A DNA stretch of 52,185 nucleotides, counting the filler, from Stramenopiles sp. TOSAG23-3 (Eukaryota), in the NCBI GenBank assembly GCA_900128585.1. It is 4 parts of 4 records of this genome, joined end to end, with 100 filler letters (N's around TTAATTAATTAA, not from the genome) between each part and the next. Parts side by side here need not be neighbours in the genome. Positions count along the whole stretch, not along the records: positions 1 to 23,960 come from LT642312.1; 3 more parts are not named here. The stretch is one strand, 5' to 3'. Both the position numbers and the translations under genes were made by a program. A model generated the notes under the pieces. It had not been told where the DNA came from. It did no database searches and was given only the letters and a program-made list of their open reading frames with translations. Below, piece by piece: positions 1-11,800 of this stretch; the stretch's first letter is position 1; each line of letters begins with the position of its first letter.

Positions 1-61
1 TAAATACATACATATACACACGCACTCAATTTTCATTGTCCTACAAGAAAAGAGATCAAAG

Positions 62-1468
62 ATGAAAGTTTACGTTCTAGCACTCCTAGCACTTCTTGCT
101 GTCGTTCACGCGGCGGACCCCACTGGTACCACCGGTGCCACTGGCGCAGCCACCGGGGGCGCGGATACCGACCTGTCGGAGCCAGAGGTTAAGGCCGCCA
201 CAGCATCTTCCGACAAACCCTCCCACGAGGAAGAAAAGGCCATCAAAGCAGACAACGACAAGAAATGGATGGAAACCGAAAAGAGGGTCAAGGAGCTGAA
301 GGAGACCATCGCCGCCATCAAGGCCAAGTCTTTGAAGCACGCCGCCGAGCAGAAGACTTTGTGCACCCAGGAGAAGGAAAACTTCAACAAGTGGGTCAAA
401 TTGATCGACGCGAACGAGAACGACCGCGTCGCCGAGGCCGCCAAGAGAAAGGCCACCGCTGGCAAGCTTGCCTCCGCGTTGGGCGCCCGCATCAAGGCCA
501 TGTCCGACTTCTTGGGATTCTTGGAAAAGGTCCGCCAAACTTTGGGTGAACACATCTACAGGACCAACAAGCTGTACGGCGGCGCCTACACCGCCATCAC
601 CTTCGACGTTACCTTGACCGTCGAAATCATGCACGACCTTGGAGTCATGAACAACTTCCACGTCTCCCCAATCTTCCACCCGATCGTATTGCCCGCAAAG
701 GACAAGATGGACTTGGAAGCGATCAAGGACCAGAAGATCTCCCCCAACCCACCCACGGTCTCCACCGACAGCAACCAAGGCTCGGCACAAGGCGCCACCG
801 GCGCCGCCGCCCCTTCCGCCACCGGCGCCGCCGAGGGAAGCACCCAGGAAGAGAGTCTTATGGAAGTATCCGCTGCCGTTCACACCGCCGTCCGAAACTG
901 CAAGGAACACGGCGAAGGCGCGTGCTCCGCCGGGTACGAGAAGGCCTTTGAACTGTACAACGAAGGGTTGTCCTACGTTCACATGAACAAAATCGAGTTC
1001 GAGCAGGAACGCAAGGTTCTTGGACGATTCCGCGAAGAGCTTAAGTCCCTCATTGCCTTGAAGAAATGGCGCATCGCGTACATGACCAAGCAGCAGAAAG
1101 AGATGCTCTCAAAGGCCAACTCGGACGCCGCACCACCCATCGAGGCGGTCTTGTCCAAAATCAAAGAGCACGAAAAGATCCTCACCGATTCCTGCAAGGT
1201 CATGCCAGAGCGCACCGCGGAGGCCCAGAAAGAATTGAAAGACATCGAAGACGTCTTCTCCAACATGAAGCAGGAAAACATCGGCGCGACCGGCTCGTCT
1301 GGTAGTGCCACGGGGTCCGAGGTAGCCTCCTCCACTGGTAACTCTGCCAACAATGCACAAAGTGAAGCCTCGTCCTCGTCGGGCAGCAGCTCTGCCGCCG
1401 CTACGGACAGTACGCCAGCCTCCAACAACCAGGAGTCCACCAAAGTTACCCCAGAAGGAGCATTCTAA
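62..1468 (+). CDS. Secreted coiled-coil protein of unknown function with GATG/ATG low-complexity linkers
   Basis: 468-aa ATG ORF with GC-rich third positions; signal peptide MKVYVLALLALLAVVHA; helical charged blocks separated by TGATGAATGG / GATGAAAPSATG / GATGSSGSATG linkers; AT-rich flanks. Confidence 0.8.
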   Translation: MKVYVLALLALLAVVHAADPTGTTGATGAATGGADTDLSEPEVKAATASSDKPSHEEEKAIKADNDKKWMETEKRVKELKETIAAIKAKSLKHAAEQKTLCTQEKENFNKWVKLIDANENDRVAEAAKRKATAGKLASALGARIKAMSDFLGFLEKVRQTLGEHIYRTNKLYGGAYTAITFDVTLTVEIMHDLGVMNNFHVSPIFHPIVLPAKDKMDLEAIKDQKISPNPPTVSTDSNQGSAQGATGAAAPSATGAAEGSTQEESLMEVSAAVHTAVRNCKEHGEGACSAGYEKAFELYNEGLSYVHMNKIEFEQERKVLGRFREELKSLIALKKWRIAYMTKQQKEMLSKANSDAAPPIEAVLSKIKEHEKILTDSCKVMPERTAEAQKELKDIEDVFSNMKQENIGATGSSGSATGSEVASSTGNSANNAQSEASSSSGSSSAAATDSTPASNNQESTKVTPEGAF

Positions 1469-1645
1469 GTTTAGTTCAAGGTCCGATTATCGAAGCAGAG
1501 AGAGTAGGAAGAGAGAAAGACGAAAGGGTTGAATTCTGAAAATGGCGCGTGTAAAAGCATGTTTAAACAGTTAAGAACGTATTCTAAATATGACTTGTTG
1601 CTTCCCAAACACAATTGAATAAACACTCTTTTTATATTATTTTAT

Positions 1646-1668
1646 ATAACAGCCAATTTTCTTGTTTT
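1646..1668 (+). repeat. Dispersed repeat family A, terminal fragment (ATAACAGCCAATTTTCTTGTTTT)
   Basis: Same motif at 26811-26830 (+), 39870-39892 (-) and 51231-51250 (+). Confidence 0.8.
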
Positions 1669-1695
1669 TATATATTTTTTTATAATATAATTAAT

Positions 1696-1783
1696 TCGAG
1701 ATAGGATTAGGGTTGGATTTGAAGTAGTATTTGATTTAAAATGAGAGTCTTAAAACATATTATATAATTTGTTTTTTAACACA
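1696..1783 (+). repeat. Dispersed repeat family B, copy 1 (~90 bp)
   Basis: Aligns with the reverse complement of 14005-14099; identical core TAAAATGAGAGTCTTAAA (1737-1754 vs 14040-14057), plus TAGGATTA(G/A)GGTTGG and TATATAATTTGTTTTTT. Confidence 0.8.
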
Positions 1784-1805
1784 TTAATTCAATTCAACAA
1801 AATTA

Positions 1806-4571
1806 TTACAACTCTTCTTTTCCCTGAAGCCAAGGTTGATCCTGGCTATGGGGGAGCCCGTCCAATGGTTTGCGTAGCACGAAAACTGGTTCGTATGATT
1901 TCCGATAGTTTCCCGATGTTGCCAAATACTTTTTTGCATCCCACCCGTGTCGTGAGACCACTTCAAAGCCTGCCAACAGTTTGGGGAGCCTGTGCCCACC
2001 GTACACGCGGTGAAGGTTCCAAGCAACGCAATCTGGGCCAACCGGAACGGCCAAAAACAAGAGCCCCCCAGGTTTCAGCATGCAAAATGCCGTCTGCATT
2101 GCTTTCAAGTCGCCGTCGGGGTCCACAGGGTCGCTACAAATGTAGGCAAAGGGTTGGTGTTAGTCAAACTGCCTAAGGCAGAGCATGGGGGGAGAGAGGG
2201 AGAAAAAGTTTGAAGTATCAATACTTACCCGTATCGGCCTAATCCAGAGTGATCAAAGCTAGAAATCGAAAATGCAGCGTCGAACCCACCATTTTTACCA
2301 GGGACCAAGCTCAAAACATTGCGGGGAGTAGTAGTAAAAATGTCCGGGTGATCGTAGTGCAATTGGTTGTACTCGATAGTCACAACTTGTTTCGCGCCTG
2401 CGCCCAATCCCATGGCCTCGTACCACGGGTTGCTTGACCCGAACACGGCGATCGTGGCACCAGTCAAGTCTTCAGAAAGTAAGGCGTGCCCCATCATCCT
2501 CTCCAAAAAGTTGCCATTGGATTTGCCGCCATGCAACTGGGCCTTTGCGGCACTCACCATATGGTCGATTTCAGACCGATCAAAGTGGTAGTGCGTGCCT
2601 TCGCCACCGACAGTATCGTCCACGTAAAAGTTCTCCAACTTTGCTTTACCGCCCATCAGGTACCTGTCCTTCAGGGCATCCGGAATTTCCCTTGGAGGGA
2701 CCGCCATGGTCCTTTCTTCCGTGTACTCCTTCAGAAGTGTCCCACACACCTTTCTCTCATCCGCGACGCCGTATGATAGTGCGGTCGAAACATCACTTGT
2801 GTACGGCGTATAATATCCCGCAGCAGCAAATGTTTTCTCCCGGTGAGGTCGTTTGATCCAGTAAGTGCCTTGCACAGGTTTGTTTGGAAACGTGTAATAG
2901 CTCCCTCTGCTTTGGCGGCAGCTGTACACGAAATCTTCTGGCACGGGGATCATTGGCTCCAATATACCACGCTCCAGGCGAAACTCCAGGACGGCCATCC
3001 GAGCCCCGTTCAAGTGCCAGTCGTCAATTATCACAACCCCACCAGGGACAACTGAATCGTAGAGATGGTAAAGCACGTCTCTCACGCTCTCGTATGAGTC
3101 AGCATCCACTCGAAGCATCGCCAACGGCTCCTTTTTTACCCAATCTTGTGCCAAGGATTCGTTGAAAAAGCCCTTTATAAATTGAACTGTACCCTCCTTC
3201 TCCGGATTGTTCTCATTTGAATTTCCCAAAAGCCCCAATTCTTCAAAACTGGCACGAACTGTGTCGTACTGCACAGCGTACAAGTTTTGAGCATTTAAGT
3301 GCCACTCGTCCATTTGGAAAGCGCTGGTATTTCTTGCCGGGGGAACACCCATGAAACTATCCGCAACAAAAACCCGGCGCGGGATTCCCCCATCAGGGTT
3401 ACTAATACTTTGAAGAACATCCAACGCAGCTTTCATGTACATCGTTACGCCCCCTCTCCACACGCCCGCTTCCAAAAACGAACCTTGCGTGCCTTTCCTT
3501 AGCATCAAATCTTCCATGAGAAGGTATACATTGTTCAGCATGCCAAAAGAGCGTGTTGACGTCATTCAACGAAATCGAGGACAGCGACAGCGTGTACCTT
3601 TGGGTCCCTTGCAGCCACTTCAACCGGTCTTCGATCGCCAACCTCTTGCGATTGGATAGATCGTAAAACCCTATTAGCTGCATCTTAACCATGTACAAAT
3701 AATGTTTCGCAATTGCAGGAATTGCAGAGCTGGTAGGGTTCGTAGGGTCCAAGCACGACACGCCGTTGAGGCCCATTTCAAAAATTAACAGATCGTCTTT
3801 TCGCTCCGAAAGCAAACTCTGGAAAAAGAAATGACAAGAGTAGTCACTGTCTAAAATGTTCGGGCAATCATCGGATAGAAGCTCCAACTGTACGCCTCCA
3901 TCCCCGTTGTGAATAAAATGGACGTCAAACCTACGGTCCAGGATAAAGAGCCTCTCGTTGTCTGCGCCCAAGGATTTAGAGACGCCGCCGCTGATGTTAG
4001 TTTCTTGGAACAGCGCCACGCCCATATATGGCAACACAAGTTTTCGCACTCGCTCGTACGACACGACTGTTTCCCGCACCACCATATCGACCACCTGGCG
4101 CAGCCACACGATCCCCCAGACCTTTTCATACAGTTCTTTCGACTTTTCGTTGTCCACCGTAACGGCGTGCTTCAACCACGCCAAATTTTTCCAAGAAATT
4201 ACGTTCGCGGGACTGATGCTGACAGCATTGTTTAACGAATTTACAGCATCCATGTGCATGTGCTGGCCCTGAAGGTAATACACGCAGCCGATGTTATTAT
4301 ACATCGTTGATAGAAGTGGGCCACAGTCTTCCTGCACACCCACTTCAATATTAGCTTTTAACTTTTTCAGCTCCGAATGAAACTCAGCCGCTGGATCAAA
4401 ATATCTATCTGTTAAGCGCTCCCGTAAAACAGAACGTATGCTATCCGATATTTCCCCACTGTCCGCCGCAAGCGTTTCACATCGTTCTGAAAGGGATAAT
4501 ACATTCACTGATAACGCAACTGTAAAGACAGAGGCTACAAAAATACGACCAAGAACCGGTACAAAGCGCAT
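1806..4571 (-). CDS. Secreted/anchored multidomain protein: TPR-like region + TylF/MycF-family O-methyltransferase + DUF268-like methyltransferase domain (spliced)
   Basis: First ATG 4571 (MRFVPVLGRIFVASVFTVALS, signal-like); TPR-like MYNNIGCVYY..NNAVSISPANVISWKNLA; TylF motifs FLEAGVWRGG, VADSFMGVP, IKGFFNESL, LRVDADSYES, PGGVVIIDDW; DUF268-like VFGSSNPWYE, SISSFDHSGLGRYG-DP, LKPGGLLFLAVPVG..HRVYG. Canonical intron 2134-2228 (GTAAGT..CTAAC..TTTGTAG) restores GLGRYGDPVDPDGDL. The frame change near 3498-3597 is unresolved. Confidence 0.75.
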
Positions 4572-4935
4572 TCTGTGCGTGGCCCGCAGACGGTCCCGGA
4601 CCAAGTACAATGCCTTACACTTTCGTTGGGCAACCGGCAACCTTCTTTTCGGTTTCAATGTACTTCAAATTGTATACCGTTCACAAGATTTTCTTTCGTT
4701 AGTAATAACATGCAATGTACAGTTTATCAATTCGTTGCGAGTGAGTGTTCCAAGAATTTTTGTTTTTAGGGTAAGCAAATTCAATTTTTGTCGTAGTAGG
4801 ATTGTTGAAAAAATAATATAATAATAATAAATATATTATAAATAAAAAATACACGAACAAATTATTACTATTATTATTATATACAGTCGGGGTCTAACTA
4901 TTACCGTAGTTCAAAAAAAAATGTATTATTATTAT

Positions 4936-4984
4936 CTTCTTCTTCTTCTTCTTCTTCTTCTTCTTCTTCTTCTTCTTTCTTCTT
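4936..4984 (+). repeat. (CTT)n microsatellite running into an assembly gap
   Basis: Direct reading; N run at 4985-5081 follows. Confidence 0.9.
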
Positions 4985-5228
4985 NNNNNNNNNNNNNNNN
5001 NNNNNNNNNNNNNNNNNNNNNNNNNNNNNNNNNNNNNNNNNNNNNNNNNNNNNNNNNNNNNNNNNNNNNNNNNNNNNNNNNGTACCGGTACGGTACCACC
5101 TGGTATTCCGTAATATAATATACCGTATGTACGCACGACAAAACGGAGGAGAAAAAAAAAAAGAATTATTATTAATAGTTAAAGCTATAAATGCAGCACA
5201 AGGCATGCGACATCAGAGATACAAAACT

Positions 5229-8200
5229 TTACTGCGAACCTTCCTCTGTTTGCTTCAAATCGTTGTAGTTTCTGACCCTTTTTCTTTCCGCAGTTAGCTG
5301 TTTTCTGCGTTCCTTTGCCTTTTGTCGTGCGCTTAATTGCTCGCTCACGCGTTCTTGGCTCGCAGTAGCCCTCTTGGAAATAGACCCTGTATGCCGAGTG
5401 TGGCTGGACGGTGCTTTTCTGCCCGTCAGGGACAATCCTTTGGCTTTACCACGTTTTCCTGCTAACTCTAGTCCTTCCCTAGCTCGCTGTAGGCGTTCTC
5501 GCGCGCTTCTCGAACGTAGTCGTCGCTTGTCTTCCTCCGCCTGCTCTGTCAGGTTTTTCTCTCTGTATATTTTCATTTTATTACGGATTGCTTCAGCTAT
5601 TGATTCCTCGTCCCCGAATGCAGCATCATCATCAAACTCCTGCGACTGGGTCAGGCTCCAGTCAACGCTCTCCCCCAAGTCTTGCGGTCCGTCCGTAGCA
5701 AGCTCTACAGAGGCCTGCGGCTCACCTGTATCGTCGCCGTCCAGAATTCCTGGTTGCGCAAAAATGCTATTTCTGCCCGCCATGCTCCATTTTGATAACT
5801 CTCCCGTTAGCGCTTTGTTGTGCGCCCCCAATTCGGACAATCGGTGTTCAATGGTTGCAATTTTGCTTTCGTATCTCTTCGCAGTCTCTTTTTCAGCCTC
5901 TGAAATGGCCTCCGTTATGTCCATTTGCGAACCTTTCTGCTCTGTTTGCACTCGGTTTAGCTCCGATTTTAGGTTGTTGCTAATACTTAAGAGTTTCTCC
6001 CTCTCGCCCATCAGGCGTTTCAAATCGTTACTGGCGTCGTTTAGTTTTGCACGAAGTGCTGAATTTTCTTCTTGTTCGACGGCCTCGTCGGTGCCAAAGG
6101 AGGATAGGTCAAAGCCACGCTGTTGCAAACGCTTGGTGGCAAGCTGACGGGCGCCTGTGCCATACGCCCGTGACTGGTTCTCGGCTATTCCGAATGCGAC
6201 ATCATCTTTCGCGTCAGCTAGATCTTTCATGGACTCCATTTCATTCCGCATTTGCCCAATGACTCGCTTCAGGCGATTGTTTTCTTGTGCCATCATAACT
6301 TCTCTCGGAGATTCCGGGGCATCAAATGCTGCAGTGGTGGCCTGTGGACCCTCGTATCGTGGCTGGGAAGCCTGCTCTCGGACAGGCGTGTCCCCCATTT
6401 CGTACGGTTTCAAGGGCGATGGAGGCCCCATGTCTTCTGAGAATAAGGGGGAGGGAGGCGGGGGCGCTCCAGGGACAGGGCCCTGCGGTGCAGGGGGGGG
6501 GCGCCCGCGTTTCTGTCGCTGGCACGGGCTCATTGTCTCTTCCAATAGAAAAGGATGCTTGGAAGCGAGCGGGTTCTCCGTTGTCCAGGGAAGCCGCCAG
6601 TCGCGAGTGGGCGCGGACGGCATTCAGCTCGGCCCTCGTCTTGTTCCATTCCGTTTCTAGTTCAACTATTCGTTCCTCGAGCTCGCGCTTTTCTTTTGCT
6701 AAGTGATCGCGCTGCTGCTGCAGCACCGTGGTCAATTCCGTGTGTTTTTGAGCTTCACGGGTGCGCTCTTCTTCCCATCGCTGCTCCCAGCGTAGGTTGA
6801 GGTCCATGTTTTCCCGCTGCAGGGTCTTATTCTGTTCTCCCAGATCGTTAAGCTGCTGCCTTGCAATCCTTCCCTCGTCTCTCATTTTTTCGATTTCATG
6901 CCCAAGTTTCGTAGCCTCTTGGTTTTTGTTTTTGAACTGCAAATCACGATTCCATAGTTGGTTCTTCAAGTCCGTACAAACCTCCTCTTGCTTCGTCAAG
7001 CTGGCGGTGATCTCCTTCAGCCGAACTTCGTTTTCGTCCCGCATCGTTCGAATCTGATCTTCGTACTTGGCTTGGGACGATTTCATAAGAACGTCCATTT
7101 TTGCCGTTTGTTGCTCCGCTTCGGCCACCCTCGCAAGCAAAGCGTCGTTCCGGCCCTCCATCTTGATTTGGTTCCTCTCCATTTCTTGGGATCGTTCTTG
7201 CTCCGCTTGTGCCAGTTGCAAATCAAACTGTTCTCGCTGTTGCACAAACGCTCGCTCGACTGAATGTAAGCTTCCCAAAAGCTCGCCCATTTTGGCTTCG
7301 TATTCGTCCAGCAAGGATTGTTTCACCTGGGCCAATTCCCGTTTTTCAGACTCCAGGGTCATAATTTCCTCGTTTTTCGACGTACGCGCCTCATCGAGTT
7401 CCTTGACCGCATGCTTTCGCGCCCTGTCAGTGTCCGCGAGTTCCACAGTAAGCCTATCCGCCTCCCTACACTTTTGTACCAGCTGGTTTTGAGCATTGTT
7501 CGCTTCCACCTTCGATTCCTGCACACTCTTTTCCAATTCCTCGACGCGAGCGCGCAAAACCTCTTCTTGCCGGCGAAACTCTTCCTCGCGCTTTCGCATG
7601 ACTTCATCGTGGCTGATATTCATCTCTTGCCGTTGCTTCAAGAGCAGCTCGTCTTTTTCCCGTAACTGTTGCGCCAAGTCTCTCTTGCACGCATCAAGGA
7701 CTTCGCGTTGTCTTCGCTCATCGTCCTCCTGCGCCCATTTCGCCTTTTCCAGCGCTTCTGTCATATCCCTCATCTTGGTTTCGTAGTGGCCATCGTTCGT
7801 TTTCGATCGGTTGCGTTCACTATCCAGCTGTGACTTGGTATCAGCCAGCTCCGTCCGCAGCTCGTTCAGATCGTTGTCCTTGCTCCTAATAACCCCCTTT
7901 AACGAATCGAAATTTGCTTCGTATCGGTCCAACTCAGCATCACGATCTTCTATCAACTTGAGGTTGTACATAAAATCTTCCTTGAGCTTTCCAAATTTGG
8001 CGCGCACGGTAACTTCTGCCTTTTCCCTTCGCCGAAGTTCCTCCTCGAGCGTACTGACTCGGTAGTCGTTGATCTCGTGTAGTTCCTTTTCTTTTTGAGC
8101 AATCAAGGACCGGATATTCATCGTTTGCCCACCCGCAGGGCTATTGCTACTACCCGACAATGTGGCACTGCCCTGCACTGGCGAGAGAGCAGAACGGCGA

Positions 8201-8325
8201 AAAGTGGACGAGGATATATGACCACCCCCCGTGTTCTCTTCCACCCCTGGCGAGTGTGGGTCTGCGACGTACAATTTCGTCGCCGCCGCGGACGGGATCC
8301 TTTCAGATGGATTCGCGTTACTCAT
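5229..8325 (-). CDS. CCDC57: Coiled-coil domain-containing protein 57-like (centriolar), interrupted by a 1-nt frameshift at a G9 run (6493-6501)
   Basis: N-terminal LIAQKEKE..KLKEDFMYNLKLIEDRDAELDRYE and C-terminal VRNYN match remembered CCDC57 conserved motifs; ORFs 6322-8364 and 5229-6623 join as ETRAPPP-APQGP if one C is removed; first ATG 8325. Confidence 0.7.
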
Positions 8326-8848
8326 GTTATAAATTCCTTCAAAGTAATACGATACCTTCTGCACTTATGGAAATGCTACAATGGACTTAATGTTTTTCTT
8401 TCACAACAACAACAAGCAGATCTTCTTTCTATTAATTTTATTTCTTTTCTTATGCATCTTCTATATCAGGTTCCATAAAATAAATTACTACGAACGTAAG
8501 AAGAGTAAATCATTATTTATTACGGCGGTATTAAATTATTATATTCTACCGTAGTAGTCGTCCAGTGGTGGTGTTTCATTTTATTTTTTTATTTGAATTG
8601 AAGAGGAGGAGAAGGAAGAAAGGGAGGAGAAGAGCAGGAACACAGGAAGGGAAATTTAACTACTCTCATTTCAAAATGAAATAAAAATAATAACGATCTC
8701 ACAATTTTATTTTAACATAGTGATAGCAGAAGTAATAAAATATTGAATTAAGTACGAAATAAAAATATTACGTGCCTATAATATACAATAGGAATAATAA
8801 AAAATATAAAAAACATATATCGAGAAAATCGAAGGTTATTTTTATTTA

Positions 8849-11800
8849 TTAGACGACGTCTTCAAACACCCCATCGATTTCTCTAGCCTTTGCATCGTAA
8901 ACGGCAATTTTACTTTCATGGAGCCGATTTTTCAAGCGCTCGTATTCGTCTTTCGTCTCCTCATATATCTTTTGGGCTTGTGAGTACGACAGATCCGTGT
9001 CACCTTGATGCGGTTGAGCTGGTAGGCCAAAATAGCGGATATGGTGCTGGAACTTTTCGTTCCGCATGATGAGTGAATTCGAAGACAGACTGGACGCCCG
9101 TGCCATGTGGCTGTCGTACAATGCAAACCCGCCTGGGGCTACCAGCGCACCCTCCCCAATGTGTACATGGCCGGTTTTATAAAACCGATCTTCGTACAAA
9201 TGGGTTTGAAGGGTCCCACCCGTCACAACGGCACCATCCCTGATGTGTGTCAGGTCATGTTCCATGAACGTCGCGCTAAACAGGAAGACGTCCGAGCCGA
9301 TGTCAACACCAAACAGGCGGTACACCCAATTCATTACCGGCGTCCCATCAAACACCCTAATAACCCCTCTCATAAAAATTTCCATTTCGTACGCCAAGTC
9401 AGACCGCCATATGAAGCAGCTCCACATGGGCACTTGCACAGGGCGATATTTGCACACCCAAAGCCATTTTCCTATCGCGCAGACAAACACCAGGGCGAAC
9501 GGCGAAGAAACAGATATGAGAAGCCACCAGCCAAATTTGATCAAAAATGTAATCGATAGAAAATCATCCGTTTCTGGAATGCCATAGACGATATCAACAA
9601 AGTTGTAAACACCCATATAAAACAGCATAAGCAGCAAAACCATCGTTGTGCTTGTAACGATTTTCAACGTGTTCATAAATAGTCGTGCAAACCACACATG
9701 ACAGGGTGGATTAAACGTCAAATCAGTTGATTTCGTCTTGTCGACATTTCTCCATTCCTTTCTAGACGGCAACTTAAAACTGGGACTGCCTAGGTACGTC
9801 GAACCTTGTTCCATCTGCTGAGGGCTGCAGCTCATTACACCCAGCAAAGAATTGCTCGAGAGTACGCTGCCCTGGGGAACAACGCACATGTTGCCAAGAA
9901 AAGTTTTTTCTTCCAAGACGGTGCGTCGCAGCATCATCCTGCCATGGTATACTGGGGATATTCCCAGCAGTGCTCCACCGTTTATCATGCAATTGTTTCC
10001 TACCGTCACCAACTCTGGTTTAGGACCCCAGTTAGAAACATCGATTTCACTGCCCTCGCCAACGTCCATACCCATGCCCAAGGACAATACAGAGCGCATA
10101 AATACAGTCTCGGTCATGCCCCTTGTTGGGCCAGTCATCAACAGTCGCATAGTATATTTTGCAAAGAAGCGGCGGGCGTACTCGAAAGAGTCCAGCCGAA
10201 CGATGCTTTCTTCTTTCGAGGAACCAGAAACCAATCGCTTCATAACGCACAATAAACTGCATGCCAGGAACTGCTGTGCCAAAGCTAGTGCTGGCACCCA
10301 TTTCAGCAGTGCAACGGCATCAAAATTCGACAGCTCTGTATGAAACTGAGGGACATAAAGGTAAAAGAGCAAAATTGGGCCAACAAGCGCAGACTGGACA
10401 ACAGTCAGCTGAATAGCAAGCAAAAGCAGAATCATCGTCTGGACGACGAAGCTATACACGCAGTTGCTGCGCCCTGATTGAAGTGCAGACACCTTTAACT
10501 CTGACAACGCACGTTTCAAAGGACTTGCTTTGCTGCCGCTCAGAGGCTTACCAGGGCTACCGGCAACTTCCGTGTGGTCTGCAACTTGGGAAAACTGCGG
10601 TGTGATCGAGAGGGGGTGTATAACCACCCCCGACCCTATGCGACTGCCAAGGGAGACAACAGAGCGTTCGCCAATGTAGGCGTTGTCCCCTATACAAACT
10701 TTTCGTAATTTCAAAATTCTATTTTCAATAAGCCATGTTTGCAGCACAGAGTCAGTCTGCATGGTCACGTTGTCCCCAATTGTTACCAAATCAGCCTCTA
10801 AAAACGGGGTTCCGCCAAGGTAAGCCGATTTTCCAATGTTGGCACCCAGTATTCTCATGGAAAATGCAGCAATCGCATGCCCTGGGAGAAACAAGGGGTT
10901 TATAACGAGGCGGTGCAAAAGCCACCATCTGAAATAATTTAGACTCCACAACGGGTAGTCTGCCTCTTCAAATCGACCGACGATTAGGTACTTCACCACA
11001 ACGGCTTGGATAAAAAGCAACATCGGTGCAAAGATAGGAAATAGCCCGAGCTGCAGGTAAAAGAACCAAGTTGGTGTATTGTCAGATAAATATTGCTGCA
11101 ATAGAATCATCACATTCAGTAGCACGGCAAACCAGACAAAGACTAAACACTGCAAGGTGACAACGACGCAGTACCTTGGACGGTTCCAAAACGAGTTCAA
11201 ATTCGATGAATTTAGCAGCGGGATTGTGTTCACCCTTGCACCAACATCAAACCCTTCCAGCGCTGCTTTTGTCTCCGAAAGGCACCCATCAATGTATGTC
11301 GACAATGCTTTTGGCGTCGTATGTTCATACACGTCTTTCATCTTTACAAAAGACCAGTCTTTTTCCTTTCTGCATTTTGAAACCAACAGTGCCCCACTAA
11401 CGGAATTAAACCCGTAGTCAAAAATATTTTCCTCAATTGGTATGGACACTTGCAAAATATCCAGCAAGAGCTGTACAATGTACTGCTCAGTGGCGGTCTG
11501 TGGCATGGCATTTTCCCCTTTACCCGTAACATTAGACAGCAAACGCGGGTCGACCAGTATTTGCAAAGTGTTCCAGTACGGCAATTTTTGGCGCAAAACC
11601 TTTCCTGAGATATTAGAATGGGGGATATCCCCTGGGCGAATCTTCACGAAAGCATTAGGAATCATAAACTTAGGGAGCGATTGTTTCAGATAATTCCTTG
11701 CATTTGATGGATTGAATTTATTGCCTTCACACACAACGAAAGCAACGAGCTCTTGGGCGTTTGAAACCTTGTTTTTTTGGACGGCTACAACCGCCGATTC

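Noticed and set aside
86-982. Long antisense or alternative-frame ORFs (e.g. 86-982, 5374-6147, 36080-37210, 45672-46625)
   Set aside because: Shadows of GC3-rich or coiled-coil genes on the opposite strand; no recognisable motifs
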